64,000 bases of DNA from Histomonas meleagridis 2922-C6/04-290x (taxonomy: Eukaryota; Protista; Parabasalia), in the NCBI GenBank assembly GCA_020184695.1, contig JAANOX010000126.1:558001-622000 (forward strand), written 5' to 3'. The notes beneath the pieces were generated by a model. It saw only the letters and a program-made list of their open reading frames with translations, searched no databases and was not told the origin of the DNA. The position numbers were made by a program, and so were the translations under genes. This document shows positions 31,466 to 43,000 of the stretch, one piece after another (position 1 is the first letter of the stretch; every line of letters begins with the position of its first letter).

Positions 31466-31972
31466 TCACATATGCATTATTAGCCAATCTAATCCTTCAT
31501 AAAGTCCATCACCTGTTATTGCACATGTTTTTTGTATTTTCCATGGACGATTTGTTATATCACTTAATTGAAGTCTCTCTTCTAATTCACTGGATTTAAT
31601 TGCATTTGGGAGATCTTGTTTGTTTGCATAGATTAGTAAAGCGGCATCAAGAAAATCATCTTTTTCCAAAAACTTATGTAGTTCATCCCTTGCTTCTGGT
31701 ATTCGCTCAGTATCATTAGAATCAACCACAAAAATTAAAAATCGCGAAATAGGATAATAATGTCTCCACAATGGACGAAATTTAACACTACCACTAACAT
31801 CCCAAATATCCATTTGAATCCCATTATATTCAATATTTCCAACGTGGATAATTGGAAGTATATGATCACCAAATTTGAGTTTATAAAGAATTGTTTTTTT
31901 TCCAGCTCCATCAAGCCCGAGCATGAGTACTTTTATTTCGCGATTTGCGCACCTGCTAAAGATATTTCCCAA
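31466..31972 (-). CDS. Divergent ARF/ARL-family small GTPase
   Basis: MG myristoylation start, RPLWRHYY, NKQDLP and GDGLYEGLDWL are ARF-like. The P-loop reads GAGKKT and switch II reads DVSGS, both degenerate. Confidence 0.85.
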   Translation of the reverse strand: MGNIFSRCANREIKVLMLGLDGAGKKTILYKLKFGDHILPIIHVGNIEYNGIQMDIWDVSGSVKFRPLWRHYYPISRFLIFVVDSNDTERIPEARDELHKFLEKDDFLDAALLIYANKQDLPNAIKSSELEERLQLSDITNRPWKIQKTCAITGDGLYEGLDWLIMHM

Positions 31973-32096
31973 AACTTTTTAGAGCTTCTTCGTTGGGATA
32001 TTCGATGGAACTTTTTGAGTTTAATTCGATGGTTTACGTGACGATGATAATTATCCTTATCAAAAACGTAGAAAAAGTTGTTAAGAGAACTTAAAT

Positions 32097-33452
32097 TTAC
32101 TGTCCCTTTAATTTCTTGAGTTCTTCTTCCAGTTGAGCGATCTTTGCCTTTTGTTCCTCAATTGTCTTGTTAGCAGCGGCGATTTGTTGCTTGAGCTCAG
32201 CTGGGTCATCTGATGGGACTGCTTCAACTGCGAAGTCGGCGACTTCATCGGAGATCTTGAAGTTCTCAAGGTTGACGAGCTTGGGCTTAACTTCGGCACC
32301 ATTCTTCCATTCGTCGAACTCGGCAGAAGCTTCTGGACCAACGGTATCTGGGTAAATGTCATCTTGGAAGCATTCAGCATTACGACGTGGAACAATCATT
32401 GGGATATGGATGAGTGACTTGGAGTTAGTTACGGCGTAGAATGGCATGATTTCGCAGATGGATGTGTTGCAGCAGTACTTGGGTTGGCAAGCGATGCAAC
32501 GAAGTGCTTCTTGCATTTGGAAGCTGGAGAGTGCCATGATTGGATGCTTGAGGTCATCGTCACGGAGTTCGTAGTACTTAGCGCCAGTATCACCACGGCC
32601 AAATGTGAAGACAACACCATTGTCATAATCAATGAATGGGAAGAGGATACCTGCGTTGTAGTCAACATCTTCTTCTTGGAGTGGCTTCTCTGGGTTACGT
32701 TCATCACGAAGAGCGATTTGACGGGCAGCACGTGATGAGAAACCAGTTGAGAAGATATAATGGAGCTTGTCATAGAATAAAGCATGTGAAGATTTGAGGT
32801 TTTGATGTCCTGGAACTGCAATAACTTCATTACCAGCTCTCATATCATAGATGTGGATCTTCTTATCCTTAGCTGGAGCAACAACACGGTTACCATCTTG
32901 AGACCATGAGATATCAAGGAAGTTTTGGTTGTTTGTGTTGCCCTTGATTGTTGTAACACATTGTGCACGGTTGATATCCCAAAGTTTGATGGAGTTTTCC
33001 ATACCGAAGGATGCCATGGCACCATTGACAAGTGGGTTGAAGGTAACACGAGCTGCTTTACGACCATGACCAGTTAATGTGGCTAATGGTTGGTTGTGGT
33101 TTGGTTTGATATTACCTTTTCCATCTTCTTCGATCTTCCAAACGCGGATTGTTGCATCTTCGGAAGCGGAGACAAAGATGTTGTCAGCAAATGGGTTGAA
33201 AGCAACATCAATAACTGGTGCTTTGTGACCTGAGAAGAGTGGGCATGTGTTACCAATTTTACCCTTTCCACCAACTTTAAGGACACCGACTGAACCACCA
33301 CCGATTGATTGCCATGGGATAGCAAAGTAGTGTGCATTAACAGCGAGCATATTGGAATCAACTTGACCACCATGGATAAGGATGTCGCCGTAGCTGTCGA
33401 TAGCTCTGGCTGGTTCACCGTAGACGTGACGGAAGAGAGAAGCTCTTGTCAT
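32097..33452 (-). CDS. Coronin
   Basis: FRHVYG, WD40 repeats (GHKAPVIDVAFNPF, GHGRKAA), PMIVPRR..FQDDIYPDT and a C-terminal coiled coil. Codon bias resembles a highly expressed gene. Confidence 0.95.
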   Translation of the reverse strand: MTRASLFRHVYGEPARAIDSYGDILIHGGQVDSNMLAVNAHYFAIPWQSIGGGSVGVLKVGGKGKIGNTCPLFSGHKAPVIDVAFNPFADNIFVSASEDATIRVWKIEEDGKGNIKPNHNQPLATLTGHGRKAARVTFNPLVNGAMASFGMENSIKLWDINRAQCVTTIKGNTNNQNFLDISWSQDGNRVVAPAKDKKIHIYDMRAGNEVIAVPGHQNLKSSHALFYDKLHYIFSTGFSSRAARQIALRDERNPEKPLQEEDVDYNAGILFPFIDYDNGVVFTFGRGDTGAKYYELRDDDLKHPIMALSSFQMQEALRCIACQPKYCCNTSICEIMPFYAVTNSKSLIHIPMIVPRRNAECFQDDIYPDTVGPEASAEFDEWKNGAEVKPKLVNLENFKISDEVADFAVEAVPSDDPAELKQQIAAANKTIEEQKAKIAQLEEELKKLKGQ

Positions 33453-33455
33453 GAA

Positions 33456-33461
33456 AAGTGA
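33456..33461 (-). promoter_or_regulatory. Initiator (Inr) TCACTT upstream of coronin
   Basis: The minus strand reads AATTAATCACTTTTCATG. Confidence 0.65.
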
Positions 33462-33833
33462 TTAATTAGCCGTTCAAAATTCAAAAGATTCAAAGAAAAA
33501 GTGCATTTTCAAGATGGGACAATGTTCCTTGGCCAAAAAGCGGTTTGCATTGTATTAAACGGCTAACGAACGAACAATTTATCTCTTATAAAAATTATAA
33601 GACTGAATATTTGCGTTATCTTTAGATATGTAAAAAACTAGAAACACTTCAGAAATTTTGATTTTAATTTGGATAAAATTCAACAAAAGTTGAATTTCTT
33701 TTTAATTTTCATAAATTTTAAAAAATAATAAAAGAAAACAATTCTTAACTAATTGCTTAATTTTTTTCACATTAAGTAAAAATAAAGTATCAATTCTAAA
33801 GATATTTTATACAAAATCATTTGAATCAATCTG

Positions 33834-35480
33834 TTAAAATTGTGGAATTTGAGCTCGAAGCTTTTGTAAGTAATCATCATCAAATGGGTGTATATTTATA
33901 TGATCATTCAAAATAAACATTTCCCCATTTTGGTACAAAACTATTATAGATCTATCATACCTATAAAAGTCTACATCTTTGTTCATACTTGGTTCATCAT
34001 TTGTGAACACACCATGTAGAACAACACCACAAAGACTACATGAGAAATCTGCTATGCTGCAAGATTGAATGATGGAAAAGAGACCGTTTGGAAACAAAGA
34101 CGATAAAATATTTTGAATACTTTTTGATCCGACAAATTTTGTGTTCGAAGACCGAAAAATTAAATTTCTTGAATATTTCGAGAACTCACTTAGACTGCTA
34201 ATGTATTTTGGGTCAACAGTCATTGAAAATGTTGACTTCTCATGGTAAAAGCGAGATATTCCATAGATTTCATCTCTTAGAGCTGAAACATATCTTGTAA
34301 TAAAAGGATGAGCTGCATGAGCAAACAGATTAAGATTGATTGCTGTGGAAAATATTATTCGAAGCTTTTCTGGGTCAACTGATTTCTTTTGATCTTGCTT
34401 TGTTTCTTGTTTTGGTTCAGGAGGTGGAGATTCTGTGATCCTTTTGCTTAGAGATGTTGATATTAGTTCATTGGATTTATCTGCTTTTTCATTTAAATAT
34501 TCAATTGGAAAATTTTCCCTCATGCCACTTTTTTGATTAAATACTTTATTTCTTTTATCACTTTTTTGATCGAATGCTTTATTTTCTCTTTCACTTTTTT
34601 GATTAAATACTTTATTTCTTTTATCACTTTTTTGATCGAATGCTTTATTTCCTCTTTCACTTTTTTGATTAAATACTTTATTTTCTCTTTCACTTTTTTG
34701 ATCGAATGCTTTATTTTCTTGAGGTTTTGTTTGTTGAATTGTATTTTTTCCAAATGGTAAAAAATCACATTGTTGTTGGAATTTATAGTTAAGATTTGGT
34801 TTTTGACCATTAAGAGGATTATCTCGGAAGTCTATGCTGGTTAACTTTGGGAAATATAGAGGCCAATCAAAACTATTAACATATGAAGAATATAGTATAT
34901 TGTTGTTTCTAAGATCAATTGATGTGATCTCAACATTTTCTTTGTGAGACCAGAGAAATGCAAAGTAAATAATTGTGAAGAATGTTTCTTCAAAATTGAA
35001 TTCACGGACGTTATCAAAAAAATAATTAGTATAGTTTTGTAAATTTAAAGCCCCGTTTTGAAAACGCTTGGAATATTTTTGGATGAGGCTTTTAGGCTTG
35101 GATGAAAACTGATAGTTTGTCATAGAAATGATATATTTTGAATCATTTGTTAATATTTTATAATTTGGCTTTTCTTCCTTAGATTTCTTGTCTAATTGAA
35201 TAAATAAAGGATAAGTGCTTAATTCCTTTAAAGCCTTTTTAACTTTTTTATGATCATCAAAATATTCGCTTACATCATGACGTTTTCCTTTAATGAATGG
35301 AAAGCGTTCTTCGATGGCATTTAGAAAATCATTTTCCTTTTCATTTGTATATGGATAAAAAAGAAAAAAAGGAGGAAAATTCACCTTATCCTTCTTTCTT
35401 GGAGGCGCTGTTTCACTCTTATTATTTGATGGAAATGATGGTGAGTCATCTATTTGTTTTTGTGATGCATTATTATCCAT
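33834..35480 (-). CDS. NXF/TAP/Mex67-like protein (LRR plus NTF2-like domain)
   Basis: LRRs ITSIDLRNNNI and FPKLTSIDFRDNPL. The NTF2-like region reads FITRYV...RFYHEKSTFSMTV...VVLHGVF...YDRSII...ILNDHINI. Confidence 0.65.
   Translation of the reverse strand: MDNNASQKQIDDSPSFPSNNKSETAPPRKKDKVNFPPFFLFYPYTNEKENDFLNAIEERFPFIKGKRHDVSEYFDDHKKVKKALKELSTYPLFIQLDKKSKEEKPNYKILTNDSKYIISMTNYQFSSKPKSLIQKYSKRFQNGALNLQNYTNYFFDNVREFNFEETFFTIIYFAFLWSHKENVEITSIDLRNNNILYSSYVNSFDWPLYFPKLTSIDFRDNPLNGQKPNLNYKFQQQCDFLPFGKNTIQQTKPQENKAFDQKSERENKVFNQKSERGNKAFDQKSDKRNKVFNQKSERENKAFDQKSDKRNKVFNQKSGMRENFPIEYLNEKADKSNELISTSLSKRITESPPPEPKQETKQDQKKSVDPEKLRIIFSTAINLNLFAHAAHPFITRYVSALRDEIYGISRFYHEKSTFSMTVDPKYISSLSEFSKYSRNLIFRSSNTKFVGSKSIQNILSSLFPNGLFSIIQSCSIADFSCSLCGVVLHGVFTNDEPSMNKDVDFYRYDRSIIVLYQNGEMFILNDHINIHPFDDDYLQKLRAQIPQF
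34526..34723 (-). repeat. Coding 33-bp tandem repeat x6 with alternating A/B units
   Basis: ENKAFDQKSER / ENKVFNQKSER / GNKAFDQKSDK / RNKVFNQKSER / ENKAFDQKSDK / RNKVFNQKSGM. Confidence 0.92.
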
Positions 35481-35561
35481 TCCAATTATCCTGTCACTTT
35501 TTATTTATTTGATTATATTATTTGATAATTAAAAGTGGCAATTTAAGAAAAGTGACAGTTA

Positions 35562-36143
35562 ATGTCTTCTGAAGGAACTGTTACCGTGAAGATCGCTCTT
35601 ATTGGCAGTACTATGGTTGGTAAAACTTCTCTTATGGTTAAGTATTGCAAAGGTACATTTAGTGAAGACTATATTGCAACACTTGGAGTTCAATTTCTTG
35701 AACGAACGATCAAGGTGAAAAACACTCCAGTTAACCTAGTTATTTGGGATATAGGTGGTCAAAAGAACTTTATGGATATGCTCAACATTTGTTGCGAAGG
35801 TGCGCACGCCATGATTTTCATGTTTGATTTAGCTAATATTAAATCATTAACAGCACTTCGTGACTGGTATAAAGCTGCCTATCAATGCAATCAAACAGCA
35901 CGCGTTTTTTTGGTAGGTAATAAATTTGACAAATACTTTGAATTGCCTGAACAAGAAAGAATTGCCATTACAAACAAAGCTAAAAAGTTCGCAGCAGCCA
36001 TTGGTGCACCTTTAGTTTATTGTTCAAATACCCATTCGATCAATGTTAAAAAACTGTTCCAAATTGTAATTGGATCCGTGTTCGGACTCAACTTAAAGGT
36101 TGAAAAGGTTGAGGACCCAAGCAAGCCAGTAATAATTTTCTAA
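35562..36143 (+). CDS. Spg1/Tem1-like septation GTPase
   Basis: GKTSLMVKY, YIATLGVQF, IWDIGGQ, IFMFDL, LVGNKFD and SINVKKLF, with no prenylation motif. Confidence 0.88.
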   Translation: MSSEGTVTVKIALIGSTMVGKTSLMVKYCKGTFSEDYIATLGVQFLERTIKVKNTPVNLVIWDIGGQKNFMDMLNICCEGAHAMIFMFDLANIKSLTALRDWYKAAYQCNQTARVFLVGNKFDKYFELPEQERIAITNKAKKFAAAIGAPLVYCSNTHSINVKKLFQIVIGSVFGLNLKVEKVEDPSKPVIIF

Positions 36144-36568
36144 AAAAAATCTAGAAATCATTTTCAATAAAACATCTAACCAATTGGAAAAGTAATATAA
36201 TAAATTATTTACATTATACTTATTATACTTTTCAGGAATTAGAAGCTAAAGCATGCTTAAAATGGCTTATTCTTTTATGCAAGAAAACATTTGTAAATTG
36301 TCAGTTAATTGAATAGAGAAAATCTTTTCCCTTCAATTTTTGAATTCAAAGTGACGGTTTGTTGAGATATTCATTTTTCTGGAAATTTCACTTTATTTAT
36401 AAATGTAATTTCTTTTATTCTATCCAAAAAATTGATAAGAAAACGTATATTTTATCATCTAAATACATTTACTTATTTTTGTAATACAAAAAATTATTTG
36501 GAAATAAAATGAATAAAATTTCATACCGAAACAAAAAATCGCTTATAAACATTTACATATTAAAATCC

Positions 36569-39500
36569 TCAGCTTAAAATTTTCTTTCTAATTTCTCTAA
36601 TTTTGTCAATCTCCAATTGATAAAACTCGTTTCTCTTCATTCCAGTCATCTCCTCGAATTCCTCGTCCCTTAAGTACACTTCGGGCACCGGCGTTGTTCT
36701 TCTTAATCTCTTTATATCCTTCACGTTAAACTTCGGAACATTTATATTACTAAAGTTACAAATTTTCATGTTCAAGTTATTATTTTTTTCGCTTTGTACC
36801 TCATAAACTTTTGCGTCGCATTCAGCGGCGACAATTTTATTAATTACAAAATCGTTTTCATTAACTTTCATTAAAGGAATTGATCGAAAAATCGAACGCA
36901 GAAATTGCCGCATTTCATATGAATATGAATAATGTGAAATTACTTCGTTCATATACAGCGCATGTTCGAGCGAATATATTACCGATTTGGGATCTTTCGC
37001 AGCTTCAATAAGTTCCTTTTTGGTGGCAACTAAATGTATCGGGTTGAGAAGCTTCGGAATATGTTCCGAATATTTCAAGTTCGAAGGAATTATAATATTC
37101 GTGGTTTCCGTTTTTGGGATAATGGGATCAAACAACATCGAAGTTGGTTCGACAGGAGATACCCATATGTTGTTTTGGAATGATAAAATTCGAAATCCGT
37201 TTTCTTCAATTATATTTGAAAGTGAACAATTTTTGGAAGCAGAGATTGATAATGAACATAATAATGTCCCACGTAACAAATACGATGTACTTTCATTTGT
37301 AGTTTTGATCATTTGTGTAATAATTTCTTGAGAATGTAAATTCGTATTTGATAAAAAATGTGATAACGCAAAAAATGAAGAACGTTTGGAATTCATAGAT
37401 TCTGATTGTAATTGTTCTAATAAAATAGGAATCTTTTCACTAAGTTTTTCAATCCCAATTTTTGTTTTAGATAATTCCCCAAATAAATGGGGTGGTATAA
37501 CGAGATAACCGTTTGGAGGGGATGTCGGTGACGGTTTGGGGTGCACCGAGTCGAACGTTTCTTCAATTTTCTTATCGTATATTTTAACGTATTCTTTGTT
37601 GCCGGTTTGCATCCACCAATTTATTTCATCATTAATATTACAATATTCAAATGAATTTTCATTGCTTAAAAGTAAAGAATATGTATGGTGTGATAAATGA
37701 GATATTATGTTATGCATTTTAGAATCATTTGATAGAAGATTTAGAAATCCTTGATCAGTTTGTAATAACTCAGTAATAAGTTTTATGACCATATTAACTT
37801 GTTCTTGTCTTTTGCCTTCTAATCCAGTGATGAAATATTGGCTAAAAATTTCATGTCGAACAATGTTATAATTTGGAAGAGATTGAGTTTTAGATTTCAA
37901 CTTTTTTAACGCATAAAAAGATACTGAGTTATTTGATGACTCAATGAATCGTAAGTAAAGTGCGATTCCAAGTGAAGATTCTGGGTAAAATCGAATCATT
38001 GAAATCATCTTTTTTGCAATTGTCAAATCAGTCACGTCAATATGTTTTACTTCTTGTAATATATTCCAATGTGACAAAATTTCGATACTATTAAGTCTTG
38101 ACATCATAATACAAAACAAATTCCACACATTAAAAACTTGAGTTTTTTCAGAAGCTTTGTTCGAACAAAGCATCTCAATTGACTTTCTTAACAAATTTAA
38201 TAAACCTTTTTCTTCAGTAATTAATTTAATTCCCCAATTTTTAGATAAAAGGAATTCCATTAATGACAAGAAAGTATTTGCTATTAATTCTATGTTATTC
38301 GAATTTAATTCCAAGAAATCATATGCAAAAAATTCCAAAAGTTTCTTGATGAAAGTGATTGCGTTTTGTGATTGTTCTTCAGCTTCTTGAATTGGTAATT
38401 CGATAGTTATCAAAGAATTAATTTGTATCCAATCCCATTGAGTTTTATCTTGTTGTAAAACATAATCACTAATTAATAAATTTGTTTGTTGCTTAGAAAA
38501 TTCCTTTGAAATTCTTAAAATTGTTTCGTTCGATTCGATTAAATTATTTTTTGGATTTGGAATTGGCGCATAAGAACAATCAATGAAAGTTTCTAATGTA
38601 CTTCCACAATGTATCGCAAATGGTAAATATTCGTTAAAGAATTTCGATGCGTCTTCATTCGTTATCGAGATTTCATTTAAGATTTGGAATAATCCGAGTT
38701 TCATTAATATATCGAGTACGAAACCTGAATAACAAGCGACAATAGAATTACGTGGTCCATTTAAGAGAATTAACTTGGAAAAAATACTTAAAACTGGAGA
38801 TGGCAAATGTGGTAATATACTAATTAAATCATGAAATACATTACTACGTAACCCAAAACAAAATAAGCCAGTCCATGTTTTAAGAAGATAAACAATCGAA
38901 AGACATGTGGATTCACAGTTGGGGGGTTGTGTTAAGGTGGGGGAAAGTGGCATAAGTAACTTGGAGATAAAATTGGATTGACTTGATGGATATTTTTGAT
39001 GTTCAAAAAGATAACAAATTAACCCACATAACGCTTTGGATGGAAGCTCTGTTATGGATTCGATGAGAATTTGTGAGATTTCAGGTACATCTGGAATATC
39101 TTCATTATCACATATTATAAGGGCTTGGGCAAGATTAGAAATGATGGGAACTTTGTACGAGTTCTTGGGTGTATAATATAATGAAATTAATGCGCGGAAA
39201 ATTGACTCGGGTAGATAATTCCGAAGACGTATTAATAGTGAAACTAAGCGAAATGCAGCTTCCTTTTCTTCATCAATCTTTGGTGGAGGTGTGGGCTCTT
39301 TTTGATCAATTGAAATGGCAATTAATTTGTCAAAAAGATACTTTTCAATTATTGATTCTTCTGTTTTTGCTTCAAAATGACTTATAATTCTTAGCACTGA
39401 GGCTCTAACTAAAAAGTTTTGAGATGTGAAAATTTGATGAAAAAAAGGTGCGATAAAATCAAAATTAACAATTTCCGGTGAGATTGTCTCTGCTTCATTT

Positions 39501-39664
39501 TCTAAAAACCGCATTGCATTTAGCACTTCTGCAGACTTCAAAGATGGGTTAGCTATCGACCTAAACCCTAGTTCGAAAGCAGAGCTGACCTTCATCTTGC
39601 GCCGAACGATACACTTTGAAAGTTTTACACTGAGTATTGAAAAAATCAAATCACTCAAAAGCAA
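36569..39664 (-). CDS. Rictor/Avo3-like TORC2 subunit
   Basis: ARM N-terminus (VRASVLRII..ISIDQKE..EKEAAFRLV), TWTGLF and PPHLFGEL motifs. Confidence 0.7.
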   Translation of the reverse strand: MLLSDLIFSILSVKLSKCIVRRKMKVSSAFELGFRSIANPSLKSAEVLNAMRFLENEAETISPEIVNFDFIAPFFHQIFTSQNFLVRASVLRIISHFEAKTEESIIEKYLFDKLIAISIDQKEPTPPPKIDEEKEAAFRLVSLLIRLRNYLPESIFRALISLYYTPKNSYKVPIISNLAQALIICDNEDIPDVPEISQILIESITELPSKALCGLICYLFEHQKYPSSQSNFISKLLMPLSPTLTQPPNCESTCLSIVYLLKTWTGLFCFGLRSNVFHDLISILPHLPSPVLSIFSKLILLNGPRNSIVACYSGFVLDILMKLGLFQILNEISITNEDASKFFNEYLPFAIHCGSTLETFIDCSYAPIPNPKNNLIESNETILRISKEFSKQQTNLLISDYVLQQDKTQWDWIQINSLITIELPIQEAEEQSQNAITFIKKLLEFFAYDFLELNSNNIELIANTFLSLMEFLLSKNWGIKLITEEKGLLNLLRKSIEMLCSNKASEKTQVFNVWNLFCIMMSRLNSIEILSHWNILQEVKHIDVTDLTIAKKMISMIRFYPESSLGIALYLRFIESSNNSVSFYALKKLKSKTQSLPNYNIVRHEIFSQYFITGLEGKRQEQVNMVIKLITELLQTDQGFLNLLSNDSKMHNIISHLSHHTYSLLLSNENSFEYCNINDEINWWMQTGNKEYVKIYDKKIEETFDSVHPKPSPTSPPNGYLVIPPHLFGELSKTKIGIEKLSEKIPILLEQLQSESMNSKRSSFFALSHFLSNTNLHSQEIITQMIKTTNESTSYLLRGTLLCSLSISASKNCSLSNIIEENGFRILSFQNNIWVSPVEPTSMLFDPIIPKTETTNIIIPSNLKYSEHIPKLLNPIHLVATKKELIEAAKDPKSVIYSLEHALYMNEVISHYSYSYEMRQFLRSIFRSIPLMKVNENDFVINKIVAAECDAKVYEVQSEKNNNLNMKICNFSNINVPKFNVKDIKRLRRTTPVPEVYLRDEEFEEMTGMKRNEFYQLEIDKIREIRKKILS

Positions 39665-40063
39665 AATGGAAGGTTATAGATATGCATGTTAAAAATAAGA
39701 TTTCGAAAATATTTAAAGAATTATTTGCACTTTAACGCTAAAATTATTTTTTAATGTTTTGACTGCACCTCTTTTTAGTGGGTATTATTATAAGTTCTAG
39801 TGGAACTTCATTCAAATTAACTTTTTCACGATAACAGAAAAAAAAATATGGCTGGACACTTAGCAACTCATTTAAATAATTAAAATATTTTCAAAATCTA
39901 TCTTTAACGAAATTTTGGAAGTTCCCAAAGGAAAACTAGAAGTCCCATTTTGAAAACACTAATGTATGATCATCAATAGCCTCCAGTATTTTTGGATGTT
40001 ACAAATATTGCTTTTCATTCAAATCATGACGGTTATGCTCATAAAATTTCAGGTCAAAAACAC

Positions 40064-43000
40064 ATGAACCAACAAGATAATAAATCAAACTATTTAAATG
40101 TTCTTTGTACAGCGCAAAGCATAATTCACGATTTAAAGGGAAAGAATATTAATGAATCAATTGAATCAATAATGAATTTATTTAATGACAAATTTCCAAT
40201 ATCTACTGATTTTATCATCAGTCAATTAGTTTATTCACTTTTTGTTTCAAAGGCATTTGATTTTGATTTGTGTTATGATTTTCTAAAAGGGATTAAAGAG
40301 AAAGACAAAAAATTCCATTTAATTTATAAAGTTTTTACAAATTTTCTAATTAACATTAATTCACAAGAATCAAATTATTTACTTGAAAAACTGATAGAAA
40401 AAGATATAATTAATTCTAATGAAGTTAAAAACAAAAATACATTATATTTTGTACATTACAAAAGAACAAGTTATATGAAATTATATCATATGGAATATTA
40501 TAATGCATTTTTAAACAACCCCGAACTATCAAATAATGATTGGGAACTTCATAAGAAATTAGTTAAAGAAGGTGTTAATCCAAATGAAATTTCAAAAATC
40601 ATTCGAAATGATGATATCGAAAAACTTCAAGAAATATCATCACAAGAAAATTTTGATTTTAATCAAAAAATCAGGCCATCACTTTATGAAAGATATTCAT
40701 TTATTAACAATTGGGATGTTACATTAATTGATTATGCAGCATTTTTTGGATCAATAAAATGTTTTAAATATTTATTATTAAATAGTTCTAATATTGATAA
40801 TACAAGCAAATATGCAATTGCAGGCGGAAATCTTGAAATCATTCATTTATGTGAACAAAATCATATAACATTTAAAGGTGCATACAAAACAGCAATTATG
40901 TTTCATCAAAATGATGTCTTTAAATATCTTTATGAAAATAAAATAACTAAAATTAAAAATTTAAAAGCATTAGGAAAGAAATGTATTAACTTTTCTAATT
41001 ATGAAATTTTTTCATTTTTAAAAAGCATTGGTATGGAAATATCTAATATTATTATTAACGAAGCAATTAAGAATTGTAATTTATTTTTGGTTAAATATTT
41101 TCTTAAAGAAACAAAATCTGTTGATAAATATAAAGTTTTCCCTGTTAAATATGATAACGTTGAGTTTATTAAATATCTTTATGAGAAAAAAGGTCTTGAT
41201 TTAAATGCTAAAAATATTTGCTTGTTTATATTCCTGTTTATTTAAAATATATAAAATTCCATTAAAAATTATGAAATTTCTTCAAATAATTTTTAATGTC
41301 ACCTGTTATGATTGAAATTGAAAATAATCATAATGAAATTGTTAAATTTATTATTGATAAAAGTCAAATAGATTATAATATAAAAGAAATTTATTTATAA
41401 TATTAGTTGCTTTTTATAATTTAATATTTTATCATCATATCTGGGAATTATTTTGATTATTTAGAACACCACTTACAATTGCAGCACAAAATGGTAATTT
41501 TAAATTAGTAAAAATAATTCTTGAATCAAAAAATACATTAATTAATGATACTGATATTTATTTAGTATGCTTTATATTTATTTATATGATATGATATTTT
41601 TTAATAGAATTTGGAAACTGTTCATTTTATTTAAAACTGGACTTGTAAGAGCATGTTTAGAAGGTCATGATGATATTGTAAAATTACTTCTTGAACAAGA
41701 AGGAATTGATGTCAATGTTAAAGATGTGTTTTAGTTTTATTTAAAATTTGTTTTAATATTTCACTATTTTAAAATAATATATGAAAATTATTTACATTAT
41801 TTTGGACAGCACTAATGTATGTATCAGCCAATAATTACTTAGAAATTGTTAAATTACTTGTACAACATAAAGGAATTGAAATTAATGCTCAAAATTTTTT
41901 TATATTTTATTTGGTATTTATATGAATAATAAAATGGAATTTAATCATAGTAATTGAAACTGCGTTCTTTATTGCTATTTCGAATGGTAACATTGAAATC
42001 GTTAAGTATTTTATTGAAAATGGATTAGTTGATTTTAATATTAGAAACATTTTGTAATTTTGTTTAATGTTTGATTTAATCATTGAAGGTTTCAATATAA
42101 ACCATCAAAATTATTCAAAATATATGAAACAGCACTTTTCGTTGTGGTGTCGCATGAATTTTTAGAAAGAATTTATCTAAAAGACCCAAATTTTCTTGAA
42201 GTATTTAAATATCTTCTTCAACAAAAAGGATTTAATATCAATGATAAAGATATTTATTTCTATTTTTTAAAATTTAATTTTATCTTTTAATGTTTTCAAA
42301 TAATTTTCGGAAATTATTTAGATTTCTTCAAACAATATTTATGAGAATGGTAGAATTTGGGAAAGTAAAATATGTTAAATTATTACTTGAGCAAAAAGGA
42401 ATTAATATCAATGATAAGGATAGAAATTATTTATTTTATTTATCATACATTTCAATAATTTAATGTTTCACAAAAATAATCCAAAATCATTTAAATTATT
42501 TATGACACCACTTATAATTGCATCTAGACTTGGAAAATCAAAAGTTGTCAAATTACTTCTTGAGCAAAAAGGTATTGATATTAATGCAAAAGATGTTGAT
42601 TTGTTGCATTAGTAATTTGTTTTTATATTTCGGAATTTCATAAAAATATTTGGAAATTATTCAAATCATTTAAAACAGCACTTATGATTGCATCTTCAAA
42701 TGGTCATATAGAAACAGTTAAATTACTTCTTGAACAAAAAGGAATTGATATTAATGCTAAAGATGTTCATAAATTTTATTTAATGTTTGTTTAAGTGATT
42801 TAATGTTTCAAAATAAAAATCGGAAATTCTTTTGAATATTTCAAACAGCACTTTTGTGTGCATCTAAAAATTGTCAGACAGAAATAGTTAAATTACTTTT
42901 AGAGCAAATAGGAATTGATGTTAATGTTAAAGATATTTATTAATTTTATTGAATATTTATTTTGATAATTTACTGTTTCGAAATAACATATGGAAATTAT

